DNA from: Klebsormidium nitens
Lineage: Eukaryota > Plantae > Klebsormidiophyceae
Length of the DNA stretch: 64,000 nt
Direction: 5' to 3'
NCBI GenBank assembly: GCA_000708835.1
Contig: DF237388.1
Span: 1-64,000 of the forward strand
In this document: piece by piece, positions 1 to 10,342 of the stretch
Position numbering within the stretch: the stretch's first letter is position 1
Layout of the letters: every line of letters begins with the position of its first letter
The notes under the pieces: model-generated
The model's database searches: none
What the model saw: the letters and a program-made list of their open reading frames with translations, nothing else
Told to the model about the DNA's origin: nothing
Translations under genes and position numbers: made by a program

Positions 1-661
1 CAGTCATTTTTGGTACTAAATCTTGTTTCCTGTCATTTTTGCATTCTGCATGTCAGAATGAGGTCAAGAATAAGGGTTAATGTTTGAGAATGGGGCTGAA
101 TGCACAGAAATTAGGCTTCATTCAGTCAAACCTAGTCCTTAACCCCCAAACACTATTATTGGAGGGATGACCAGAGCCTTGGCGGGACTAGTGGAGACCG
201 TTGCCTACTGCGAGATATCCGAGCCTTGCCAGTCTGTCCTGTATCGACACCCACGTCTCAAATCAGGCGGGAACTGCATAGGGCATAACAGTACTGTTGA
301 GCGAGAACATTCGAGGATTCGGGTTTCTTTGGACTCAACGGGATGTTTACGCGCAGAGGCAAAGCGGAGGCAGAGCAGAGGTTACAATGTTGAAATCCGT
401 AGAGCAGAAGTCACAAACCCGGGTGTCAGAAACCCAAAACTCATGATTTGATGTCATAAACCAATCCGAAGGTCTGACTCCTGACGTTGACATTCTTAAG
501 AAAGAGTTGAGCTCTTCAAGGACGTTACGTTTGACTGAAAAGAAGGGCGTTCCGGGCGTGCAGATATCCTGAACGAACGCAAGATAGGGTGCAAAGTACC
601 CCATTCGTCCAGAGACCGAGCGCTCTCGTAAGGAAGCGCCAAGTTGGGAAAGTGGTTTTCG

Positions 662-3600
662 TTACGGAAGAAGAAGAACTCTCTGTTTGCCAACCAGCGG
701 AGGCGCTTGACGAGGCCGACCCGGCTTGGCCGGGTCAGGATCACGGGTTCCACGTAACGAAAACGTTTCATCCGGCTTATCCATCTTCGAAGGGGCCAAC
801 CAGATGCGCGAATACTCGGCAACCCGCCCCCGCGGAGCGCAGGAACGCATTCCGAAGCGACACGTGGGGAAACCCTCACCCTCCAGCTGCGCGTCCTTCC
901 AGGACAGCCCCGCGCCCGCGGCCGCGCCGCGCTCCTCGGCGAAGAAGGTGACCGCGCGCATCTTGCGCGGCCGCGGCCAGAACACCGCCGGGAAGCTCTC
1001 CCCGCTTTCGAGGGCCTCCCAGTACAGCTTCCCGACGTACGCGGCGAGCGACGCAAGGGACGCGACGATGGACTGCAGGAAGATCGCGCGGTCGATGTAG
1101 ATACGCGTGCCCCGGGAGCTGCCCAGTACGTATAGCACCGACTGGAAGATGGACTGGGGCAGCGCCCGGAGGAGGGTGTCCAGGTGCTGCCGCGAGGCGA
1201 GGTACTCCTCCATGCCCACGACCGCTGCGGGAAAAGGAGACGGGGTGGTTGATTCTCAATCGGAAGTGCGAAGACGCTTCTTGAACGAAGTGGTTTAGGT
1301 TTGAGCTGCTCATTTTAGTCGAGCGCGCAAAGGTCGTTGATTTCCAATCGAGAGCGGCGAAGATTACCTCTCGATGTCAGGTTGAGTAAGCGCAAATTGA
1401 CCAAGGAACATGCTCAGGGCAGAAGCCAAAGTTGAAAACCTACTCCCGACAGATGACGCGCTCCGCACTCAAAATGCCCGTATCATACCAATTCCATGAT
1501 TCAACCACAAATAGAGAGCTGTGTGCGAAGACGCTCACTGAACGAACTGGTTTAAGGGTGAGCTGCTTCTTCTGGTCGAGAGCGCGAATCGCTCACGCGA
1601 ACTGTCAGCCCTTTGTATCAGAAACCTCTAGCAAAAGACACTCCTCAAGTTTCGAGGATCCCCACTGATCTGACCTTGTTCTGTCTTTCAAGACAACGAC
1701 TAAAGGTTCATCTATGATATGAAGAAAAGTACGAAGCACAGGACGTCTTTCGAGCGGGTGACAAACACGTGGACGGTTCAGTTGGATGATGACGTCAGCG
1801 GTTGGTAAAACCAGGGCACAGTGTGAGCGGGTGATCTGAGCAGGCGAACGAGCATGTGGGAGGGCGTCCGGCCAGAAGAGGGTAGCCGGGGTTGGGACGG
1901 GGTCACGGGAAAAACTAAAGACGGAGGCACGGCCTAAGAGAGAGCGACAAAAAGCATCAGTACCTGTCCGGAACCCATACGGGTTAGCCGCAACAGTGCT
2001 CAACTCGCCATTGAAAATTTAAGCAGAGTTTATACAAACCCAAGACATCAGGCCCTTCCGAACTCACAGACCCGTCTGCTGAGTAACCGCGTAGAGACTT
2101 CGGCGATAAGCCCACGTAGGGCTTTTGCAAAAGGGAGAGCAGACCCCGAAAGGAGGGTCACAAGTAGAATTTCTGCCCGGTCGTAAATCACTGCAGGGTG
2201 TTCGTACGCCCTCCAAAAGGCGACAAGCAGAGCTTGAGCACACCCTTAGGATGTGGGAGCACAGATTTTCCCAGTGTTCTGTCCCCTACTTAAAAACATT
2301 CTCCATTTGAGACAAGGAAACTCAGAGGTTGGGGACAAAATGGGGGGACTGAAAAATCCCTAGCCTCAGATCGAACACGAGCCGAAGCTAGCGCCTCACC
2401 GGGCCCGGAGTCGAGGTCACGTGGCGCGCGCGCGAAGCACCCGCAGTTGGCGGCGATCCCCAGTACGTCCAACATGGGGAAGCGCAGAATGGCGAGGGGC
2501 CACAGGTAGAGCAGCTTCAGCCAGCGGCCGCCCTTCAGCAGCGGGGCGCCCTCGTACAGGGTCCTCCGAGACCACCGCTTATTGCCGAGGATATGGGGCG
2601 GCCACATCACGAACCGCAGCCCGGGGGGGCAGGACGGCAGGCCGAAGATGCCCCCCGAGACGGCCCAGGCGTCCGCCGCGAACAGGCCGGCAACTAGGAA
2701 CGGCGCGACGATGGACGGCAGGAGAATGTCGCGCGGCCAGGCGGCCCCCACTTGGCGCAGGACGGTGACGTCAGTGTACAGGTCGTAGTACGGCAGCAGT
2801 GACGTCAGGACGCCCCAAAAGTAGAGCGCGGCCTTCAGCGCGGCCGCGAGACGCGGGCGCTTGTCGAGCCCGGAGGCTCCGTTCCCGGCCCCGGCGCGCG
2901 CGCGCATCAGGCGCTGCGCGAGCGGGCACGCGACGAGCAGGAGCGCGAGGGCCGCGGCGAACGCCCCCCACGCGATCGCGACGGTGAGGCGCGCGTTAGG
3001 TTCCCGGCAGAGGTTCCCGTTCTGGACCCCAGTAAAGGAAACCCCGGTGTAGGTTAGGCTCCCCGGACCCAGGTCGATCTTGTCCAAGAAACCGCTGTCG
3101 TTAAACAAGTAGTTACCCTGGGCGTTTGTGAGGTAGGGGGGCAGCGGGCGACCGCCGGGGGTGCTCGGGGAAACGAGGACCGGGGAATCGCCCCGGATGA
3201 AAACAGAGATCTTGCTGAGGCAGATCTCCTCCCGGGTTCTCTGGGTTAAGCGCGCCCCTGTGCCGATGATATCGACCACGCACCCCTCTTTGCACCCCTC
3301 CCAGAAGCGGATGTCGATCAACCGGGGAGCAGCCCCGACCAAGGTCACCACCTTGCACCCGGCAGGGACGTGCGACAGGTCAACGGTTGACACCACCGTT
3401 TTGGAAACCCCTAGCCGCAGGCTCGTCAGGTTGGTGGCGTTAAGGAGGTACTGGGGAACCGGGTAGTCGAACCCGACGAGCCGGCGGGTTGTGAGGAAGT
3501 TCGAGGGGGGTGGGCCGTTCAGGCTGTTCTCGCTCAGGTCCAAGTTGTTGAACAGGGTGCAGTTTCTGGCAAAGGTCCGAGGGATCCCCCCGGTTATGCT

Positions 3601-6600
3601 GTTGAAGCTGAGGTCCGCCGTGGGGACGCAAAGGTCGTCCGGGAGGGGCCCCGAGAGGCGGTTGTGGGAGAAGTCTAGGAGCTCGGGTCCGGACGTCCGA
3701 TATCCGAGGTACAGAAGCAGCTTCGGGGGGACAGGACCGGTGAAGCTGTTGTTCCGGAGCCGGATGTTTTTGCAGAAGGGGAGGTTGGCGAGGGAAGGGG
3801 GGATGGGTCCCGACAGGCGGTTGTTGGATACGTCAAGGTCTCTCAGAATGATGGAAACGCTGCCTAGGAGGGGGAGGGGGCCCGACAGGTTGTTGTTGGC
3901 GAGGCGTATGGTCTCGATGGTGACGTTCGCCATCTCCACCGGGATCGGCCCAGAGAGGCTGTTGTTGGAAAGGTCGAGCGTGTTATAAAAGTAGCCCTGG
4001 CTGCCGCCGGGGAAGAGTCTCGGGGAGAGGGCGCCGGATAGGAGATTATTGGCTAGGTTGAGGGACAAACCGAGTGACGAGTTCCGGGTCCCAAAACTGA
4101 CGGGAATGGGGCCTGTCAGTCGGTTGCTGGAGAGATCGATGCCGTATGTAGTGACATTGGGCAGGAAGCCCAAATCTTCTGGGATGCTTCCCGACAGCTG
4201 GTTCGAAGCTAGCGTGAGCTCCTCCAAGTCGACGAGCTTGCTGAGATCTGGGATCGGGCCCGTCAGGCTGTTGTTGTTGAACCTCAATATGCGCAGCTCC
4301 GAAAGGTTTCCCAACACGGGAGGAATGGGCCCGGACAGGTTGTTCAACTGGAGAGTCAAACGGGCGAGGCTCGAGAGCTTGCCAAGGGGCGGGGGAATGG
4401 GTCCGTCGAGGGTGTTGTTCGAGAGGTCTATCTCCCGCAACTGTAGGTTGTCCCCCAATTCGAAAGGAATGGGCCCCGACAGGTTGTTGCTCGAGAGATC
4501 CAAGTAGGCGAGGTTTGCCATGGATGCAAACAGGCCGGGGGGGATGGGACCACTCAGGTTGCAGCGCGGGAGTTTGAAGGTGGACAGCTGGGTTAAGTTG
4601 CCGAAGCTCGGGGGAATTGCACCCGACAGGCTGAACAACTGACCCAGGTTCAGGATTCTGAGCCGGGACAATCGACCGAGTTCCCCAGGAAGGGGCCCCG
4701 TCAACTTCTGAGCTCCCGCCAGGTTGAGGACCTCCAACCGTGCCAGGTTGCCAAGCTCCGGGGGGAACGGCCCGGTGAGTTCTCGGTTACCGGCGCCGTC
4801 CAGGATCTTGGAGTCGGTGCCCAGGTTAAGGACCCGCAACCGGGTTAAGCTGCCCAGGCCTGGCGGGATAGGCCCCGTAAGATTGTCGTCTTGCAGGTAG
4901 AGCTCTTCCAGGCGGGCTAAGGCGGAGAGCTCCGGGGGGATCGGACTCGAGAACTCGAACATTCCGGACACGTCCAGGACGGTGAGGTTGGACAGGCGTC
5001 CGAGTTCCGGGGGGATGGGTCCGACGAGACCCCTCGAGGCGTTGGGGTACTTATCGTCGTATACTCCCTGGTTGTTGGACACGTTGAGCACGCGCAGGCT
5101 GCGCAGGTTGCCCAGCTCCCCTGGGATCGGCCCCGAGAAGTTGTTGCCCTGGAGGTGGAGCTCCTCCAGGGCGCCGAGAGCGCCGAGCGCCCCGGGGATC
5201 CCCCCCGAGAAGCGCTGCTCGCGCAGGTCCAGAATGCGCAGGTTGCGCAGAGCGCCCAGTTGCGGGGGAACCGGGCCGGTTAACGGGGTGTACTGGCCGT
5301 ACACGGCAGTGCCCCGGGCGTATAGCTTCCGCAGGTTGATTAGTCCGGCCAGCGCCGCCGGGAGGCCCCCGGCAAAGCGGTTGAAGGAGAGGTCCAAATA
5401 CTGCAGGTTACTAAGGCCGCCCAATTCGCCCGGTATGGTCCCGTTCAGGTAGTTGCCGCGAAGCCCCAGGTAAGACAGCGCGGTTAGGTTGCCAATCTCT
5501 GAGGGGACAGGACCCGACAGCCCGTTAAACGACAGCTCCAGGAGTTGGAGTTTCCGCAGGCGCCCGAACTCCGAGGGAATGGGGCCAGAGAGGGCGTTGT
5601 CCCACAAGAAGAGGGTTTCGAGGTTGTTTAGCGCGCCGAACTGCCGGGGGATGGAGCCGTTGAGATAGTTGGCGGCCAGGTTGAGGTAGGTTAAGAAGGG
5701 AAGGCCGCCGAGGCTTGCGGAAATGGGGCCCGTGAGGTTGTTGTTGTACAAGTCGAGCTCCGAGAGCCGGGTTAGGTTCCCAAGCTCAGTCGGCACGCCG
5801 CCAGTAAGGCTGTTGTTATAGAGGTAAAGATAACCCAGGTTGCTCAACTTGCCCAGGGTCGGGGGAATGGGCCCGGTTAGAGCGTTGACGGCGAGGTTAA
5901 GCACGGCAAGAGCCGTGAGGTCGCCCAATTCCGGGGGGATGCCTCCGGTGAGCTGGTTGTCGAACAATTCTAACCACCGGAGATTGCTCAACCGACCCAG
6001 CTCGGGGGAAATCCCGCCCGACAGCTGGTTCGAGAAGGCGTCCAGATACTGCAGGGAAGCCAACCGGCCCAGCGCCGGGGGAATCGTGCCGTTCAGATTG
6101 TTGACGGAGACATTCAGCGTCTGGAGACGGGGCAGGTTGCCGAGCGTCGCAGGAATGGGCCCCGACAGCGAGTTGACGTCTAGATCGAGCGTCTCCAGGA
6201 GCGACAGGTTGCCTAACTCGAGGGGGATCCCCCCGGTGAGCCGGTTCCCTGACAGGTCCACTCGCAGGAGCTTGCCGAGCCGACCCAGTTCCGCCGGAAC
6301 GGGTCCCGTCAGGCGGTTGTACCGGGCGTCCAGAACAACCAGGGAGGCGAGTCCCCCGACCTCCTGGGGGATGGCACCCGTGAGGCTGTTGTTGTACACG
6401 GACAACCGGACCAGCCGGGTTAGGGTGGCAACCAGGGCGGGGGGAATGGGCCCCGAGAGTTGGTTGTCGTACAGGTCCAAGGACTCCAGCACGGATAGCT
6501 TGCCCAACTCCCCGGGGATCCCCCCCGACAGCCTGTTTCCCGACAGGGTTAGAAACCTCAGGTTCGTCAGGTTCCCGAGCTCCGGGGGAATGGGGCCGGT

Positions 6601-6819
6601 GAGCGTGTTTGCGGCTAGGCTTAGGAGGGTTAGGTTGGTTAAGAGGCCCAGCTCGGGGGGGATCGGCCCGGTCAGGCCCCGGTTGTCGAGAGCCAGCGTC
6701 TGTTTCGTGCGGATGTCTCCCTGCACCAAGGCGGTGATATCGTCCATCGTTGCCGCGCGGGTTCCGCCGATAAGCGCCAGCATGAAGATGACGGCTTGGC
6801 GCAGGCTGATGAGCGTCAT
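662..6819 (-). CDS. LRR receptor-like multipass membrane protein: signal peptide, 43 plant-type LRRs, Cys-containing juxtamembrane region, TM helix, XK-like multipass domain; no kinase; ~1660 aa
   Basis: Exon 1 is 6819-2400: ATG in gcagccATG, hydrophobic MTLISLRQAVIFMLALIGGTRAA, then 43 LxxLxLxxNxL(S/T)GxIP repeats counted in the 2290..6876 ORF. Donor G|GTGAGG at 2399. Acceptor tctccttttcccgcag at 1225. Exon 2 is 1224-662 (phase 1: GP-A-VVGMEEYL...), ending in TAA at 664-662. Spliced length 4983 nt is divisible by 3. Confidence 0.9.
1266..1588. repeat. Diverged ~65-bp direct repeat pair inside the LRR-gene intron
   Basis: 1266-1330 gtgcgaagacgcttcttgaacgaagtggtttaggtttgagctgctcattttagtcgagcgcgcaa versus 1523-1588 gtgcgaagacgctcactgaacgaactggtttaagggtgagctgcttcttctggtcgagagcgcgaa. 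Confidence 0.75.
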
Positions 6820-9317
6820 GGCTGCCCACTTGAGTGAGGACTGCAGAGAGACGACGAAAGGTGTGGTGAGGTCCAAGGCTTTGAACGGCAGTTGCTTCCC
6901 AGTTGCTTGGATCAGAAAACTCAGTGGATGAGGGAACAGGGCACTAGAAAATCTAGAGTCTGCTCAGAAACTTGTCACGGGGTCAAGGGAAGTGGAGTCG
7001 GACACACACGAGTCGAGTCCCGGGATGCTCCTGCAGCTTTTACTCCCTTGAGTGAACATTCTCTGTCACTTGTGCTTGTATTCGTGCGGCTGAGAGGTAC
7101 GACTACTTATGGGCACCCTGAGCGGGACAGTGGCAGATGTTGGCAGGCGCACAAAGGTAGAACAAGGACGACCACGAGTCGCGCAAGCACCCATATGCGA
7201 AATGTTCAGAGATTGCTAGGATTGACTCGGTCAAAATTTTATCAAACGGCAGGGGCAAGCAACTAGAAAGCGTGGACAGGGACCTTTTGTAGACCTGCAA
7301 GAAACCACCGCTGACCACTGACCCCTCGTTATCTCAATCTCTTGGTAGTGTAAGCGCTGTCACATGAGTGTTATCATCCCTTCAATGTCATCCTCTTTGC
7401 ACTCTATCGGCCCACAACCAAACTGCGCAGAAGATTACATCTCCCAATAGTGGATTCACTGAAGGACAACATCCTGAGAAGGAATTGGAAACAATGTTGT
7501 TTGTGAATGCTACTGCACATGTTGGGCCAGGGACATGGCGAAAGCATAAAGATTCTCAGTCATAAGTCACTAATACATGGGGTTGTGAAAGCCCACCTTG
7601 AGTTACCGCCGTTCCTCCAGAAAACTAGATGTACTCAGGACTCAGAGTAAACTGCCCGTTTAGTACTGCTGTGAGAGAGAGAGACCTGATTAGATCCTTA
7701 ATGGATGTACGTGCGCATCAAATAAGCTCAAACACTGCGAGCTTCTCCAGGAAAAGTGGGGTTTGGTCCTGCTGTGAGGTGCATACAGAAGGCTGCAGCA
7801 ACTTCACGTTTCTTGTTGGAATGGTGGTGTTCGGGCTCCATTACCTGTGGGACCAAGCACATGCACCTAGTGGAAGAGAACCTTGCCCAATGAAAAGCGG
7901 GAGTCTGCTCCTTGTCATGGGAGGCTCAGCAAGAAGTGGTGGTAAGAGTAGAATTGCAAGCTTTGGCTGTTTGGAAGCGTACCGGCACAAGACTTGGATA
8001 GGTGATCAGGCATTATCAGGGAACATAGGCTATCAGAACATGGGAGGACCTTGTCATGTTTGCAGTTACGCAAGTCTTGTGATCTTAGGATACTCTTTTA
8101 ACTTGCTGATCCTCACAGGCCTTTCAGAGCTACGCAACATCCTCGGGGCTCACATGAGAACAGAAAAGAGCGAGCTTTTCTATGCATCATCAGAATCCTA
8201 TCTTTATGACCTTGTTTCCAGGCTTGGACACGTGTCCTAGATAGGAGTAATCACGAGCTTCAGAGCTTGACAAGCCGTACAATCTCTGGACATGAGGCCC
8301 TTGAAAATAACAAAAATCATCACTGTAATTTGCAGAAGTCGAAAACAAACACAGGCGTCTCCTTTCCAGAAAGAAAACCCGTACGGCCTTCAAGGCCCTA
8401 GGTCCTCCTCTTCTTCCTGATCACTACGGCCAGCTTTCAACTCTGCTATAGGTAGTATCAAATCTATCATCACTTGCTCCCAACAATTTCCGAGAGGTCA
8501 GACACCACACTGCATCAGTGCTTGTTGGACCAAGAAGAGCCCAAGCTCAACCAAAGAAGACAATGTTCTCACAATAAAATTAGGACTGTCTTGACAATCC
8601 CTCCAGTGGCAAGTACCGCTCAAAACCTTGATCAGTAACTGTCAAGGAATCAGTTCATTGCCGAGTCCCTTGAGGGCAAGATTTGGGAATCGCAGCGGCA
8701 TGACAGCTCACCTCTTCAACAGTGACAGGTTGCAGAAAAGCTCTCAGGTGGAACCATACGACGTCGCAGCGACGCAGATGATTGAAACCCCAGTATATTG
8801 ACGCCGTGTCCCGCCTGCCCCGGCGCCGGGTGTACTCCAAACATGGAAACGACCTGCTGCAACTCGCATCAATTGAAGCTCAGATCTTCCAGAAGAAGCG
8901 CAACCAGGCCTTCAATCTGCTTCCACAATACCAAGAATACCAAGCTTCTGCACGGGGTGCAAAGCCGTATCGCCCGAAACCTTTGGTTGCCCGTCAGTGT
9001 CAGGGCGTTCGTCCGCCAGCGAACGCGGTGTTCTTAGGAGACGATACCGCCCGGGACCGTCCTGCTCCCAAAGCTGCCAGCCGGACTCAGGATCGAGAGT
9101 TTTGACTCCTGAGACTCGAGCTGAGAGAAAAGTACCTACTGAGTCTGCGAGTACCAGGTGTAGCCTGCAGCCTGTGCAGGGAGGCTTGATGTCGACATCA
9201 CGATGTCGCAAGCTAGCCTGGCTGAGTCTGTTTTCGGCGCGCGAGATCGACTTTATTCGTGCCAGATATGGCGAACGGAATCCTAAAAGACCCTAGACAT
9301 TAGCAGAGTTTGGAATT

Positions 9318-9363
9318 GAACATTTCGCGGGAGTTTCGGGTCGCCGAAACTCCGCGAATGTTC
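9318..9363. repeat. Imperfect inverted repeat / hairpin (about 20-bp stem, 4-nt loop)
   Basis: gaacatttcgcgggagtttcgg-gtcg-ccgaaactccgcgaatgttc, with two single-base bulges. A partial third copy (ttttcgcggagtt) lies at about 9380-9392. Confidence 0.85.
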
Positions 9364-9396
9364 ACATTCGGGCTGCGAGTTTTCGCGGAGTTCAGT

Positions 9397-9430
9397 CGAC
9401 GTCAGCGCAGTGACGTCACCCGAATAAATA
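9397..9430. promoter_or_regulatory. Paired TGACGT (bZIP/CRE/as-1-like) boxes followed by AATAAATA
   Basis: CGACGTCA at 9397-9404, TGACGTCA at 9411-9418, AATAAATA at 9423-9430. No associated gene identified. Confidence 0.3.
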
Positions 9431-9785
9431 GGGGTATCAATAGATAAATTACTTGAGGTCCGACGGGTACCTACATTCGGCCGACGGTGTCGTCATGGCT
9501 GTGCTGACTCGTCCGATTCTCCGCGTCGCATCAATTTGTGACCATAAAAAATCAGAACATGACGGCATTCGGTGAAATGGACCGCCAAATGGCAGGCTTT
9601 GCTGCAAATCCCCACCTCGCAAGCAGTTCTGGTTCCTTGCCGCTTCTCGATACCCTCACCCAAAAAGTGGGGACCTCCATCCCGATCCTCCCCCCTGCCG
9701 CCAGCGGCCATGCTGTGGAAGGAGGAGCTTTTGTGAGGATTGCCTTCCTTGACCGCGAACAAGGCATTAAAGCGAACAAAAGGCC

Positions 9786-9820
9786 TGAGCCCAACTCGTG
9801 AGCCCAACTCGTGAGCCCAA
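9786..9820. repeat. 13-bp tandem repeat (TGAGCCCAACTCG x2.7); each unit carries TGGGCT (site-II-like) on the minus strand
   Basis: tgagcccaactcg tgagcccaactcg tgagcccaa, read directly. Confidence 0.85.
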
Positions 9821-10342
9821 ACGAAGCGCTCGTAAGCGAGCGAGGTCCAGTGGTGCTCAAAACCGGGGGCTATCGCGATGCAAAACCACCTGTCTCTCTC
9901 ATGTGGCGCTCCGCACTCCGCTACACCTAGGAGTAGCCCGAAGTGGAATCAGCTGGTTCTACCGGGCTGCGACAAACCACTTCCTCGACATCGAAGCTTG
10001 TACGGTAGCCTACGTCTCTTTCATTCTCAAATAGCGTTTTTGCGACTCTTGATGCGAACCTCCGAACACCCTTGACGTACTCCATATCAGGTTGCCCTTC
10101 TATTGAGCACGAAAGACCCTATTCAGAACCAGATCAATGAAGAGCTTGAGGATCTTGTCAACCATATTATGTACTTCTAGTTCTACCCCGATTCAAGGAA
10201 ACAAAATGTTGAAGACTAGCCCTCCGACCTGCTGAATTCCACAGAAAATCAAAACAAGGCAGCTACGTACAGGGATTGAACTCAACATTCAAGTGGGCTG
10301 GCAATATACTAGATGTGCAATCTGGGTAGTTCCTACTCGCAC

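Noticed and set aside
2290-2399. ORF-track C-terminus of the 1528-aa LRR ORF (EALASARVRSE...)
   Set aside because: Intron read-through past the donor at 2399; the hydrophobic XK-like sequence continues in exon 1224-662.
2400-6819. 72-bp periodicity as a CRISPR-like or satellite array
   Set aside because: Fully explained by 24-aa LRR coding repeats with synonymous variation; no identical repeats with unique spacers.
3491-6931. Long plus-strand ORFs (3491..3988, 4049..4507, 4982..5452, 5840..6931) and the alternative minus frame 5897..6829
   Set aside because: Antisense or off-frame shadows of the GC-rich periodic LRR exon; their repeated GGMGP words mirror the IPP/GPIP codons.
7629-8240. 203-aa plus-strand ORF
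   Set aside because: No recognisable motif, no GC3 bias like the real exons, no splice context. A faint gag-like IRTWEDL in another stop-ridden frame is insufficient to call a retroelement.
9293-9363. Helitron 3' end (hairpin plus CTAG on the minus strand) explaining capture of the EF-hand fragment
   Set aside because: CTAG lies about 21 nt from the stem and is followed by G rather than the T expected of an A|T target; no Rep/helicase remnant seen.
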